Origin: Alphaproteobacteria bacterium UBA6376
GTDB taxonomy: Bacteria > Pseudomonadota > Alphaproteobacteria > Rs-D84
Direction: 5' to 3'
Length of the DNA: 64,000 bases
NCBI GenBank assembly: GCA_002437665.1
Contig: DJQW01000002.1
Coordinates: 80,364 to 144,363, forward strand
The notes beneath the pieces were generated by a model. It had not been told where the DNA came from, searched no databases, and saw nothing but the letters and a program-made list of their open reading frames with translations. Shown piece by piece: positions 37,474 through 48,774 of this stretch. Position numbers and translations under genes: made by a program. The number at the start of each line of letters is the position of its first letter. The first letter of the stretch is position 1.

Positions 37474-40400
37474 ATGGCAACAAAGCAGAACCGCAAAAGT
37501 ACCAAGAATCCAAAACGTAAATTATTTTCCGTACGCAAAATTGCGCTGGTTGTGTGCACTATCGTGCTCATTGCCGGCATCGTCGGCGTTATCGCACTGC
37601 GTCGTGGGAACGATGCGGCGACAAAAATGCATACGACATTTAACACCCCAACCGCGGCAACATTTACCGACACAAACAATGTAATGTTCACGTCCGACAA
37701 TATTCCCGACGTGAATAATGCCCGCACACTGTCGCACATTCAACCATTGGTTATTTCGTATAATTGGACGTCCGGCCCATATAATCAGGCCGTGCGCCCC
37801 GACGCAACCAGCAACGACATCACAGCCGGCATTAAAATCAGCCCATTTGTGCGTGGCACATGGGCACGCCAAGGGGGCGGTGACGAATTATCATTCACGC
37901 CCGATACCGACTGGCCCGCTGACACGCGATTCACCGTACGCGTTGCGGACAATCTGATAAATTCAGACGTTGCGATTGACGACAAAACAATTTCATTCAC
38001 AACCCCGCGCGTCACCGCCACGGTGGACAGTTTTAACCTGTACCCCGCACCAAATGCCAAGAAATCCGTAATTGGTGTTGCCGTAATATCTTTTAACTAT
38101 CCAATCATTACATCGGAATTTAACGATAAATTGACCGTTAAATTGGACGGGACTAAATTGGACTTTACGGTAAAATTTGATAAATTTCGCCGCACGGCTG
38201 TAATCACAACCGCGCCGGTACAAATCACAAATGACGACCAAATTATTCGTCTGAAATTAAACCGCGTTTCGCCCGCCGCCGGCAATGGCGCGACCCAGAA
38301 ATTGACCGCGCACGCAACCGTTGCCGCCGCCGATAATATATTCAAGGTGTCCGAAATCACAACCATCGCAGCCGATGACACAAACGGCAATGCGCAACAG
38401 TTGGTTCTGGTAAATATGACAGCCACCGCCGCTACAAATACCGATTGGGGCAAATATGTTGAAATTTACCTGTTACCAGAATATAAAACTGATGACGAAA
38501 AATCAGACGAAAACCCACACCAATGGGCGGACGACGAAATCACGCCAGATGTGATTGCACACGCAAAAAAAATTCAAACAAAACTTGTTCCATTTGTAAA
38601 TCCAACGGGCGTGTACCAATACGCTTTTTCATATGATGTGTCCGCCGCAAACAGATTTATTTTCGTGCGCGTCGCGTCCGGATTTGAATCTGCATCTGGA
38701 TTTTATGTTAAAGACGGCGCATCACGCGTTTTGTCCGTCGCATACCCCACGCGTACGGTAAAAATCGCCGGCAGTGGCGCATTATTATCACTGGCGGGCG
38801 ATAAAAAGTTGGGCATTATGGCACGTGGTGGTGCAACCGCAGCACACGTGAATCTGTCAAAGGTTAAATCATCTGAAATCAATCACTTGATTTCCCAGAC
38901 ATACAACATTTTTTCTGAAAACATAGAATTCAAGGGCTGGTCATTTGGCGTTGACGATATGGCTGTTGTATTCCGCAAAACAATTCCATTTTCAGACCCA
39001 TCGATGACCAAAACCAATTATGCATCGATTGATTTGGGCGCATATCTGGACAGAACAGGTGGCGACAAAACCGGCATATTTGTAATTCAGGTCGCCCCCG
39101 ACGCCACCGCTGCGCAGTACAGCGACCGCCGTCTGATTCTGCTGACCAATTTGGGAATTATTCGCAAAGAAAATCAAAACAATTCGTCCACACTGTTTGT
39201 GGTAAATTTGTCTGACGGCACACCCGCCGCCGACACGGAAATAAACGTATTGGGGCGCAATGGCAACGCCGTATGGGCGGGTCGCACCGACGATGACGGT
39301 CATGCCGATATTCCAGAACTGTCATGGAATGAATATCGCGATGCGCGTGAACCCGTTGCGATTGTTGCACGCCGCGGCGACGATGTTTCATTTATTCCAT
39401 ACAACGCAACCGCCCCGATGGTTGATTATTCTAAATTTGATGTCGATGGCGAATATTATTATGGTGCAACCCCGCTGAATGCATTTGTCTTTACAGACCG
39501 CGGCATTTACCGCGCAGGCGAAGATATGGTTGCCGCCGGCATTGTAAAAAACAAATCGTTCAAGGCACTGGCGGGGATTCCCGTACGCGCCGAAATCACC
39601 GACCCACGCGGGCGCGACGCATTGACAAAAACATTCACACTGGCGGGCGACGGAATGTTTGACATTAAATATACAATTCCCGCAACCGCCGCAACCGGCG
39701 AATGGCAGGTTCGCCTGTATTCACTGGACAGTCGCGGTCGCATTGACACATCACTGGGGGTTGCAACATTCCGTGTTGCGGACTTTGTCCCAGACAACAT
39801 GAAAATCACCACCACCGTCGCTGGTGGCGACACAGACGGTTGGATTGGGGTCGATGGTATGCGGGCAAACGTGTCCCTGCGTAATTTGTTCGGAACCGCG
39901 GCAACAGACAAACGTATTACCGCGTCTGCAACGCTGACACCAACGAATTTTACATTTGATGCGTTCCCAGATTACGTATTCACACCGAACTTTATTTCGG
40001 GCACGGGTCTGGCCGATGGGACGGCGCGCGCATCACAGACATTCACGGCAAATATGCCCGACGCGCACACCGACGAAAACGGCGGCGCAACAATCGCCAT
40101 CAATTTTGACGATGTAATCCCAGACGGCACATATATGTTGAAATTGACGACCGCGGGATTTGAATCCGCATCGGGACGCAGTGTTCGCACAACCACAACC
40201 GCGCGCGTATCAAATGCAAAATATCTGGTTGGCTATCACGCCGATGGCGATTTGAAATACATCGCACGTGGGGCGTCACGCAATGTCAAACTGGTTGCGG
40301 TTGACCACACGGGCGCGGCCGCGGCGGCAAACAACCTGACCATGCGGACGGTTCATCGCGAAAACCTGACCAGTTTGGTCAAGGATTACAGTGGCTACTA

Positions 40401-43206
40401 TAAATACCAGACCGTCACCCGCGATAAAGTAATCAGTCAGAACGCGCTGGACATCACGACGGACGGTAAAACAATCACCATTGACACCGCAAACGCCGGC
40501 ACATATTTTGTCCAGATTCTGGATTCTGCGGAACGCGTATTGGCAAACATAGAATACTTTGTCGCTGGCAATGAAAACAGCGAACTGAAATCAGACACCA
40601 ACGCCGAACTGAAAATCAAATTGTCATCAAACGCATTTGCCGCGGGCGACAAAATCGACGTCAGCATTACCGCCCCATACACCGGCGCGGGTCTGATTAC
40701 GATTGAACGTGACCGCGTGTACGCATACAAATGGTTCAACGCCAACACCACAACATCGGTTCAGCAAATCACCCTGCCCGCTGGCTTCGAAGGGACTGGT
40801 TACGTCAACGTATCATTTGTGCGTAATATCACCAGCCGTGATATATTCACAACACCATACGCATACGCCGTTGCGCCATTTTCGGTTAAAAACGATGCAC
40901 GCAAAATTGGCGTCAAACTGACCACGCCAGACATCGTTCGCGACCACAAATTGCCCATTAAATATGAATCAAATCGCGACGCGCGCCTGATGATATTCGC
41001 CATCAATACCGGCATTTTACAGGTTGCGAAATACGACCTGCCCCGTCCGTTGGCATACTTTTTCAAAAAGGCCGCATTACAGGTTTCCACATACCAGACA
41101 TTGTCGCTGTTGTTACCTGAATACAAAATCCTGCGTGAATTTGCAAAAACCGGCGGTGGCGATTTCGAACCAGATATCGATGCTGGCATGACGCTCAGCA
41201 ACCCATTTGGCCGCCGCACATTGCCACCGGTTGCGTTCTATTCGGGTATTATTGATGCCCAGGCCGGCAAATCAGGCGAAATTACTTTTGATTTGCCAGA
41301 ATACTTTAATGGCGCGGTGCGCGTATTTGCGGTTGCTGCAAACAACACCGCCGTGGGCAGTGCGGACACCAGTGTTCGTGTGCAATCGCCGGTTATGATT
41401 ACATTATCCGCCCCGCTGATGGCGGCACCAAACGACACGTTCGACATTGGCGCGGTTGTATCAAATCAGGTCGCGCACAGTGGCGCCGCCGCCACCGCGG
41501 ACATTTCACTGTCGACGTCGGACGGGTTGACTGCGGCGGTGGTGGCCGGCAAAATCGCCGTACCTGAAAATAACGAAAATGTTTTCACAACATCTGTTCG
41601 CGTTGGCGACGTGTTGGGCAATGCTGACATTAAATTAAATGCCACAATCACCGGCGCAGACAATGCGTCTGGGGCTGCATCCGCCACGGTGGCCCTGTCC
41701 GTGCGTCCAATAACAACGTTTGAAACACGCGTGCACAGTGGCACAATAAATGCCCATACCGCAAAAATCCGCGGATTCCATATCGATATGTATCCGGAAT
41801 TTTCTGCGCACACATTGTACGTGTCGCCACGCGCAACCGTACTGGCACACCCATTGGTTCAGTATCTGGCACACTATGAATTTCCATGCACAGAACAACT
41901 GGTATCACGCGCGTTACCATATGTGATTGCACCAAACGATGACACGTTGGGAACAAATTTTGATGAATCAAGTGCACAAATTGCCGACACAATTCGCCAG
42001 TTACAATCGCGCCAGAATGTAAACGGTGCATTTGAATTGTGGGCGACAACCGATAATTTCCCAACGCCTGCGTCCCCCACAACCGTCCAGACAACCGCAT
42101 ACGTTGCCCAGTTCCTGACACTGGCGCGCGACGCGGGTTTCAATGTTCCAAAGGATATGCTGGGGCGTGCGATTGGATTCTTGCGCGATTTTGCCGGCAC
42201 ACCGATTGAAAACGCCGACGATGCCGCAGCGGCGGCGCACGCAATATTTGTCATAACGCAAAACGATTACATCACAACGAACTATATCAATTTGTTCCAA
42301 GAATATGCGGACAAAAACATCAAGAATTGGCAGCGTACGATTTCCGGCGCATATATTGCCGCCGCATATAAAATGATGAAACAAGATGATGCGGCCGACA
42401 AACTGATTGCGCAATATCGCACCACATCGTCAAAATTTGAATATGTGTCAATGTACGACAATAATGTTGCGAATGACGCGATGTATAACTTTATCAATCG
42501 TCGGTATTTTGATGCCGCGGCGGCGACGCCCGACAGCGTTGTGAACTATGTTGCGACTGGCGACTATTCGTCATATACATCGGCAATGGCAACATTGGCA
42601 TTGATTGGCGGCGGTGCCGCAACCGATGCGCCAGCGGTCACAATTTCAGCAAATGACGCAACCATTACGGGCACGACATCGGGCGACACATTAGGTTTTG
42701 ACATTCCGGCGGATGCCACAGCGATTGATATCAAGTGCGAAAAATGCGACCGCACGAATGGCCTGTATTACGCATTGGTTCAGACCGGTTACCCACGCGT
42801 GGCATCCGAATCCAGCAATGGTATTTCCGTATCACGCGAATATTACAACGAAAATGGCGAACGCATCACGTCCGCAAACATCGGCGACAGAATCACGGTT
42901 CGCATTTTTGCGCGCGCACGCGGTGGTGACGTAATCCCAAGCGTTGCCATTACTGATTTGTTGCCGGCGGGATTTTCTGTTGATGGCGCGGTCACAGGCG
43001 ACCAGAATTTTGCCCAGATTCGCGAAGATCGCGTTGTGATATTCACCGACCTGACGCGCGCATCGGCAACATTTGAATACACTGCCGACGTCACAGCCGC
43101 TGGCACGTTTGCCACGCCGCCAATTCATGCCGAATCCATGTATAATCCATCGGTAAATGCAACCGGTGCGGTGGGCACATTCACGGTTTCAAATGGCGAA
43201 AAATAA
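37474..43206 (+). CDS. Alpha-2-macroglobulin family protein (bacterial A2M, 1910 aa) with an N-terminal membrane anchor.
   Basis: Size, N-terminal TM, thioester-like motif CTEQ (FPCTEQLV) and a C-terminal receptor-binding-like region. It is located directly upstream of pbpC, which is a conserved pairing. Confidence 0.85.
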   Translation: MATKQNRKSTKNPKRKLFSVRKIALVVCTIVLIAGIVGVIALRRGNDAATKMHTTFNTPTAATFTDTNNVMFTSDNIPDVNNARTLSHIQPLVISYNWTSGPYNQAVRPDATSNDITAGIKISPFVRGTWARQGGGDELSFTPDTDWPADTRFTVRVADNLINSDVAIDDKTISFTTPRVTATVDSFNLYPAPNAKKSVIGVAVISFNYPIITSEFNDKLTVKLDGTKLDFTVKFDKFRRTAVITTAPVQITNDDQIIRLKLNRVSPAAGNGATQKLTAHATVAAADNIFKVSEITTIAADDTNGNAQQLVLVNMTATAATNTDWGKYVEIYLLPEYKTDDEKSDENPHQWADDEITPDVIAHAKKIQTKLVPFVNPTGVYQYAFSYDVSAANRFIFVRVASGFESASGFYVKDGASRVLSVAYPTRTVKIAGSGALLSLAGDKKLGIMARGGATAAHVNLSKVKSSEINHLISQTYNIFSENIEFKGWSFGVDDMAVVFRKTIPFSDPSMTKTNYASIDLGAYLDRTGGDKTGIFVIQVAPDATAAQYSDRRLILLTNLGIIRKENQNNSSTLFVVNLSDGTPAADTEINVLGRNGNAVWAGRTDDDGHADIPELSWNEYRDAREPVAIVARRGDDVSFIPYNATAPMVDYSKFDVDGEYYYGATPLNAFVFTDRGIYRAGEDMVAAGIVKNKSFKALAGIPVRAEITDPRGRDALTKTFTLAGDGMFDIKYTIPATAATGEWQVRLYSLDSRGRIDTSLGVATFRVADFVPDNMKITTTVAGGDTDGWIGVDGMRANVSLRNLFGTAATDKRITASATLTPTNFTFDAFPDYVFTPNFISGTGLADGTARASQTFTANMPDAHTDENGGATIAINFDDVIPDGTYMLKLTTAGFESASGRSVRTTTTARVSNAKYLVGYHADGDLKYIARGASRNVKLVAVDHTGAAAAANNLTMRTVHRENLTSLVKDYSGYYKYQTVTRDKVISQNALDITTDGKTITIDTANAGTYFVQILDSAERVLANIEYFVAGNENSELKSDTNAELKIKLSSNAFAAGDKIDVSITAPYTGAGLITIERDRVYAYKWFNANTTTSVQQITLPAGFEGTGYVNVSFVRNITSRDIFTTPYAYAVAPFSVKNDARKIGVKLTTPDIVRDHKLPIKYESNRDARLMIFAINTGILQVAKYDLPRPLAYFFKKAALQVSTYQTLSLLLPEYKILREFAKTGGGDFEPDIDAGMTLSNPFGRRTLPPVAFYSGIIDAQAGKSGEITFDLPEYFNGAVRVFAVAANNTAVGSADTSVRVQSPVMITLSAPLMAAPNDTFDIGAVVSNQVAHSGAAATADISLSTSDGLTAAVVAGKIAVPENNENVFTTSVRVGDVLGNADIKLNATITGADNASGAASATVALSVRPITTFETRVHSGTINAHTAKIRGFHIDMYPEFSAHTLYVSPRATVLAHPLVQYLAHYEFPCTEQLVSRALPYVIAPNDDTLGTNFDESSAQIADTIRQLQSRQNVNGAFELWATTDNFPTPASPTTVQTTAYVAQFLTLARDAGFNVPKDMLGRAIGFLRDFAGTPIENADDAAAAAHAIFVITQNDYITTNYINLFQEYADKNIKNWQRTISGAYIAAAYKMMKQDDAADKLIAQYRTTSSKFEYVSMYDNNVANDAMYNFINRRYFDAAAATPDSVVNYVATGDYSSYTSAMATLALIGGGAATDAPAVTISANDATITGTTSGDTLGFDIPADATAIDIKCEKCDRTNGLYYALVQTGYPRVASESSNGISVSREYYNENGERITSANIGDRITVRIFARARGGDVIPSVAITDLLPAGFSVDGAVTGDQNFAQIREDRVVIFTDLTRASATFEYTADVTAAGTFATPPIHAESMYNPSVNATGAVGTFTVSNGEK

Positions 43207-45592
43207 CAGATGGTTTAACCGCATTACGCAACATATACGTCGTCACAAAACGACGTATATTTGCATATTCGGGCTGGTTGTGGTGTATTGGGCCGTCCGC
43301 CTGTTTTTTATTCCGCCACTGTTATCAGACACACATTTTTCCCGCGCATACTATGACCGTAATGGCACGCTGATGCGCATGACACTGACGGCGGACGATA
43401 AATACCGCCTGTTCACACCACTGGACGAAATCAGTCCGGACGTCATCCGCGCCACTGTTTTATACGAAGATAAATATTTCTGGTATCACCCAGGGTTAAA
43501 TCCCGTATCATTGGCGACCGCCACAATAAATTGGGCACGTGGCGTGCCCCACCCCGCCGGCGCATCCACCATCACGATGCAGGTTGCGCGCATGCTGTAC
43601 GGATTGGACACACGGCGCGCAGGCGGAAAACTGGTACAAATTGCCGCAGCAATTTATATCGACGCGTTTCATTCCAAACGCGAAATCTTGCAAGCGTATT
43701 TGAATTTAGCACCCTATGGCGGAAATATAGAGGGCATCGGTGCCGCATCAATAATTTACTTCACGCGCCCGCCCCGCGATATCAGCACTATCGAGGCAAT
43801 CACCCTGTCCACCATTCCCCAGAACCCAGCAAAGCGCGGTTTGAACACTGAAACAGGTCTGCGCAACATCATGAAAATGCGTGCGGATTTGGTTCGGCGT
43901 TGGATTGCGGCAAACGGTGATGATGGTGACAACCTGATGACATTGGCGGCAATGCCACTGAACGTGCGTGGTGTGCGCGACTTACCATTCCGCGCCCCAC
44001 ATTTTACCCAACGCGAAATCGCCCGTCACAGTAATTATTGGTCGGACATCGGCCCACGCAATTCATACGTTGCAACAACATTGGACATCAATTTACAGAA
44101 GCAAATGGAACGGACACTGGCCGCACAAATTGATGCGCGACGCAGCCGCGGCGTGACGAATGCCGCCGCAATATTGGTCAATTACAAGACGATGGAAATA
44201 TTGTCCTATATTGGATCGGCGAATTATTTTGATAAATCAATTTATGGCGAAAATGATGGGGTGCTGGCACGACGCAGTCCGGGGTCAACACTGAAACCAT
44301 TGATATATGCCGCCGCCGCCGACCGTGGGCTGATTCATGGCATGACGCTGTTGCGTGATGCAAAAATCAACTTTGGCGTGTATGCACCCGAAAATTCAGA
44401 CAGCGAATTTTACGGCCCAGTGTTGGCGCACACGGCCCTGACGCATTCGCGCAATATTCCCGCAATAAATCTGGTGCGGGGAATTGGCGTACGAAATTTC
44501 TATGATTTGTTGGCCAAATACGGTGTCGACAATCTGAAATCCCCAGACCATTATGGCATATCTATCGCACTGGGCGGGGCCGAGGTTTCGATGTTTGAAC
44601 TGGCACAAATATATACTGGGATTGCCAATCTGGGCGGCAAATACGACATTCGTTCAGAGTTGTCCGCCCCAATGCAACGCGACGCGCAAATCCTGTCGCC
44701 AGAGGCAAATTTTCTGGTTCTGGACATGCTGGCACGTGGGCCCGCACCAACAGCGCACATTCCGTTTACAAAGCGCACAACATCGCCCATACGGCACTAT
44801 TGGAAAACAGGTACATCATCGTCATTCCGTGATGCGTGGACGGCGGGCATATTTGGCGACTATGTTTTAATCGTATGGGTTGGGAATTTTGACGGCACGC
44901 CAAATAACGCGTTTTCAGGCGCGCGCGTTGCCGCCCCAATTTATTTTGCATTGGCGGACACCGTCATAAAATACGATGCCGCACGCGGGCAACCGGTTCA
45001 GAATAATAATTTCCTGCGCTCTGACATGAACATTGCCCAAATCGATATGTGCGATGGCGTCGGTGGCATCGCCGGCCCGTATTGCCCACATGTCGTAAAA
45101 TCATACTTTATCCCTGGGGTATCCCCCATCGACACATCCAGTGTATATCGCGCGGTTCCGATTGATAACCGCACAGGTCTGCGCGCGTGCAGTACAAATC
45201 CCGAAACGACACACATGGCGGTGTATGAATTTTGGGATTCTGAATTTTTGGACATGTTTGCGCGCGCCGGCATTCGCCGCAACACCCCGCCCCCATACAT
45301 GCCAAATTGCAATCTGGACGATATTGCGGACGACGCATCCCCAACAATCGTCAGCCCAGCCGACGCAACAAACATCGTGATTACCGACGGCAAAAATGCA
45401 ACACAAATCACGTTTCAGGCAATCGCACCGGCGCGCGATGCAAAAATATTCTGGTTCTTGGACGATGAAATTATCGGCACAACCACATCCGGTGCACCAA
45501 TGACGCGCCCTGTTTCAATGGGCGAACACATCGTGCGCATTGCCACCAGTGACGGCGGCGGCAGTTCCGCGAAATTCACAGTTATTCAGTAA
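43193..45592 (+). CDS. pbpC: Penicillin-binding protein 1C (bifunctional transglycosylase/transpeptidase).
   Basis: GT51 motifs (EDKYFWYHPG, ...RMLYG...). Transpeptidase motifs STLKP (SxxK), SRN (SxN) and KTGTS (KTG). C-terminal PBP1C domain. The start overlaps the A2M stop. Confidence 0.9.
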   Translation: MAKNNRWFNRITQHIRRHKTTYICIFGLVVVYWAVRLFFIPPLLSDTHFSRAYYDRNGTLMRMTLTADDKYRLFTPLDEISPDVIRATVLYEDKYFWYHPGLNPVSLATATINWARGVPHPAGASTITMQVARMLYGLDTRRAGGKLVQIAAAIYIDAFHSKREILQAYLNLAPYGGNIEGIGAASIIYFTRPPRDISTIEAITLSTIPQNPAKRGLNTETGLRNIMKMRADLVRRWIAANGDDGDNLMTLAAMPLNVRGVRDLPFRAPHFTQREIARHSNYWSDIGPRNSYVATTLDINLQKQMERTLAAQIDARRSRGVTNAAAILVNYKTMEILSYIGSANYFDKSIYGENDGVLARRSPGSTLKPLIYAAAADRGLIHGMTLLRDAKINFGVYAPENSDSEFYGPVLAHTALTHSRNIPAINLVRGIGVRNFYDLLAKYGVDNLKSPDHYGISIALGGAEVSMFELAQIYTGIANLGGKYDIRSELSAPMQRDAQILSPEANFLVLDMLARGPAPTAHIPFTKRTTSPIRHYWKTGTSSSFRDAWTAGIFGDYVLIVWVGNFDGTPNNAFSGARVAAPIYFALADTVIKYDAARGQPVQNNNFLRSDMNIAQIDMCDGVGGIAGPYCPHVVKSYFIPGVSPIDTSSVYRAVPIDNRTGLRACSTNPETTHMAVYEFWDSEFLDMFARAGIRRNTPPPYMPNCNLDDIADDASPTIVSPADATNIVITDGKNATQITFQAIAPARDAKIFWFLDDEIIGTTTSGAPMTRPVSMGEHIVRIATSDGGGSSAKFTVIQ

Positions 45593-45626
45593 ATGCGCTG
45601 TTACATATTGCCGCGGCCGCAACACA

Positions 45627-46490
45627 TTACATCAGATTAAATTTGTTGATATAGTTAAACGAAACACCCATCATAAAATTGCTGCCATAGACGTCTGCAC
45701 CGCGTGCCTTGGCCAGACGGTATTTCACATATGGGCCCATGGTCAGATTTCCCCACAGGTTTGTATCCAACCGCACCACCGCCGACAAATCGCGGCGCAA
45801 ATCGGTTGGTACATAATCAGAATATTCAAAGTATTCACGATAATACCCATTGGTGGTGAACTTTACCCCTTCGCGAATTTCATATTCTGCCCGCCAGCCC
45901 GCTTCTATACCGTCCTTGCTGGTTTGTGCACCCGCATATGTAAAGTCATATTCATACAGGCCCGTTATATACAGTGTCTTCAAAATCTTGTGATCAAACA
46001 ATGAAATACCGGCACTGGTACGAATAATATTCTGGCGCGGGGCATCTGAATTATCACGAAATTGCGTATCATATGCGCCACGAACCGTTGGGCCCAGTTT
46101 CAACCCAACAAAGTCCCAACATGCATATGACAGGTCACTGGACAGCGTGATTTTATCGGCATTTTGGTCGGTTGTGGTTGGCCCATTGTAAGGCCGCAAT
46201 GTTGTGCGACCATATTCGGCAAACAGACCGTTGTCCCATTTGAATTTGTTCTTGTTATATTCCAAAACCGTGTCCAATACGCCCTTGATATAATCCTGAC
46301 TGGACGCATTCAGGGCCGACACCGGTGAATCCGCATATTCGCGCGCATTAGAAACCGTTGTTTTGGACAATTCCAAACCAATACGACGCACGTCCAGTTT
46401 TAACGTCTGATTTGACGCCTGTGCATCATCGGCAAACGCCATACACGGCATGATAAACAGCCCCAACAAAACAGCAGATAATTTTTTCAC
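45627..46490 (-). CDS. Outer-membrane beta-barrel protein (DUF3078-like), hypothetical.
   Basis: Signal peptide MKKLSAVLLGLFIMPCMAFA and an alternating amphipathic beta-strand pattern. Last gene of a three-gene minus-strand cluster. Confidence 0.5.
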   Translation of the reverse strand: MKKLSAVLLGLFIMPCMAFADDAQASNQTLKLDVRRIGLELSKTTVSNAREYADSPVSALNASSQDYIKGVLDTVLEYNKNKFKWDNGLFAEYGRTTLRPYNGPTTTDQNADKITLSSDLSYACWDFVGLKLGPTVRGAYDTQFRDNSDAPRQNIIRTSAGISLFDHKILKTLYITGLYEYDFTYAGAQTSKDGIEAGWRAEYEIREGVKFTTNGYYREYFEYSDYVPTDLRRDLSAVVRLDTNLWGNLTMGPYVKYRLAKARGADVYGSNFMMGVSFNYINKFNLM

Positions 46491-46515
46491 CTCATCACCT
46501 TTTGATATTTAATAA

Positions 46516-47130
46516 TTATTTCCAAATGCGCAAAACGCCATCATTATCAGAATAACGCCATCCCGCCCCGCGTACCGCCGCTGTAAATTCACCACGACGC
46601 GCCACGGGCAATTCAATCGTAACCTGACCATTATTCATATACTTGGTCGATAAATCCAGTTTTTCATTGCGGGCAATTTCCTGTAACCCAACCCAATCTG
46701 CAATCGGGTCAGACACATACGCCACAACGATAAATTTGTCCCCAGACGCATCGTCCGGCAACCAATTCTGAACCCCCGCCGCATTCAGCCATGTACGCGC
46801 CAACCCGCGGTCAATCGTCATTGTGATATTTGCCGAATACGTCGTATCCGATTGCCGTTCCCCCGAAATTTCAGACGACGCAATCAGATTGGTCAAGTCG
46901 CTGCTTTTGGCGTCCGCCACTGCGGCACGCAACTGGTCTGGCATGGAATAGTGTGACAAACTGTCGACAATGATTTGACGACGCGCCTCGTCCATGGCGA
47001 TGTTTTTCGCCGACGCGGACGTGTCACTGGTAATACTGACCGATGCCGTCCCCGACAATTCGGCGGCATGCACCGAAATTCCCGACAACGCCAACACAGC
47101 CCCAGCAAAAATAATCCCCAGTTTTTTCAT
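46516..47130 (-). CDS. Secreted/periplasmic hypothetical protein (204 aa).
   Basis: Signal peptide MKKLGIIFAGAVLALSGISVHA. No recognizable family. Confidence 0.5.
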   Translation of the reverse strand: MKKLGIIFAGAVLALSGISVHAAELSGTASVSITSDTSASAKNIAMDEARRQIIVDSLSHYSMPDQLRAAVADAKSSDLTNLIASSEISGERQSDTTYSANITMTIDRGLARTWLNAAGVQNWLPDDASGDKFIVVAYVSDPIADWVGLQEIARNEKLDLSTKYMNNGQVTIELPVARRGEFTAAVRGAGWRYSDNDGVLRIWK

Positions 47131-47149
47131 ATCACACTACCATTTTCAA

Positions 47150-48679
47150 TCAGAACTTTGCATTGACACCAACGCGAATACCCATTGATTTATAGAACGA
47201 TTTAATCTCGCTCTTGACACTGCATGTCCAACCTGGGCAACTTTCTTTTAATGCCACAATCGAACGTGCGGCGGCACTGCCTGCCAGCATTTCTTCGTCC
47301 GACGAGAAACCTGTACCATAATTTACCTCGTACCCATTGACGGTGTACGTGCCACCGTTTTTGATACGCGACAATTCGGTTTCATAATAGTTTGCATTCA
47401 GGTACGTTTTCGCATCCGCGTCACTGACACTGTAATAATCATATGTCAGTCCCAGCGTCAAGAATACAGTATCTGTCAACGCTGTCAACCAATTTGCACC
47501 CAGTCCAAGGTGATACGCACTGCCCATGCTGGCCTTGTCTTCGACACTCTTTGGGTGCGCCCAGTCATAACGATACGGCTGGTCACCGGTCGATGTGTAC
47601 CCCGGCAATCCCAGTTCGAAACGACCGTTGACGGCGTTCTTGTTATTGATTTGATAATCCATATCCATCGCCAAATATGGGCCCGACCATTCAACCTCGT
47701 ACGAATGACTGACCGACGGTTGAGAATAATAGAATGTCCCCGCGGTATTCACCATCGTTGCCCCCGCAGGCACTTGGATATAGTTATATGGATTATCGCG
47801 TGTTGGCACAGAACTGATATTGCCAATCGGGAAAATCAGAACCGGATCACACTGCGTTTCACCATTGATATTGAAACACGTATAAGAATCCACCGCCAAA
47901 CCGTGATTATTCTTGGTTTCCAACTTGTATTTCAAATAGCGATACCCAATCGATGGTGTGAATTTTACCGACCCCAGCTGAAAGAAATCCGTCAGGCCAA
48001 ATCCGGCGTTAAACCCGTACATATTGCCGCCGTCGCTCTTGCCCACAGACAGTGCATGACCGTCCTGTGTCCCCGTGATTTCTTCGCCATCATCGTATTG
48101 ACCATTGCCGTTTGCATCGACAAAGAATATGTCCGAAATATACCCACCATTGGTGATATCGTCGTCAACCATGGTGCTTTCACCGGACTGCATTCCGTAC
48201 TTGAATCCGGCATCAATTTGCATCTTGGTCTTGCCGGCGTTAAATGCATACCCACCACGCACATCCAGAACGTTCCAACCAATATTGTCATAGTGCAAAA
48301 TTGACTTGGATTCTTTCATTTCGAATTGCCATTGGGCAACCTCGTGCGAGATACCAGCATCCAGCCAGAATCCCTGCTTTTTTGTACCGCTGGTGGCAAC
48401 CTGAGATGAATTTTGTGTCTGGCCACGTGCCACGGTTGTTTGTGTTGTACGCGTACCAACCGTTGGACGCGACGAAGAATACGATGCATAGGATGAATTG
48501 CCCGTATTGTAATTTCTGGTCTGCGTTGTGTTGTTATAGCGTGACGCATACGATTGCGTGGAATAGCGCGTCTGAGGCGACTGATAGTTACCAGTATAGT
48601 ATGTTCCGGCGGCATTTGCCGCAACAGGCACAGCGGCCACAACCGCCGCGCGCAACAAAAACGATGGAAACTTTGCCAT
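47150..48679 (-). CDS. Outer-membrane beta-barrel protein (~510 aa) with an N-terminal Tyr/Ser/Thr/Asn-rich low-complexity segment. It ends ...VGVNAKF.
   Basis: Signal peptide MAKFPSFLLRAAVVAAVPVAANA and a C-terminal aromatic residue. No recognizable family. Confidence 0.55.
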   Translation of the reverse strand: MAKFPSFLLRAAVVAAVPVAANAAGTYYTGNYQSPQTRYSTQSYASRYNNTTQTRNYNTGNSSYASYSSSRPTVGTRTTQTTVARGQTQNSSQVATSGTKKQGFWLDAGISHEVAQWQFEMKESKSILHYDNIGWNVLDVRGGYAFNAGKTKMQIDAGFKYGMQSGESTMVDDDITNGGYISDIFFVDANGNGQYDDGEEITGTQDGHALSVGKSDGGNMYGFNAGFGLTDFFQLGSVKFTPSIGYRYLKYKLETKNNHGLAVDSYTCFNINGETQCDPVLIFPIGNISSVPTRDNPYNYIQVPAGATMVNTAGTFYYSQPSVSHSYEVEWSGPYLAMDMDYQINNKNAVNGRFELGLPGYTSTGDQPYRYDWAHPKSVEDKASMGSAYHLGLGANWLTALTDTVFLTLGLTYDYYSVSDADAKTYLNANYYETELSRIKNGGTYTVNGYEVNYGTGFSSDEEMLAGSAAARSIVALKESCPGWTCSVKSEIKSFYKSMGIRVGVNAKF

Positions 48680-48774
48680 ATAAAAATCCTTACCTTTATT
48701 ACTTTCACGCATATAATATCACAAAAACTGTTGAAAAACAAACCACTTGTTGATAAGAATATGGGTGATTTTCA

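Noticed and set aside
47510-48304. 264-aa plus-strand ORF antisense to the 520-aa OMP gene. Similar antisense ORFs overlap the A2M and clpX CDSs (e.g. 61471..62130).
   Set aside because: They lie entirely within stronger, signal-peptide-bearing or conserved CDSs on the opposite strand. They have no RBS and show odd composition.
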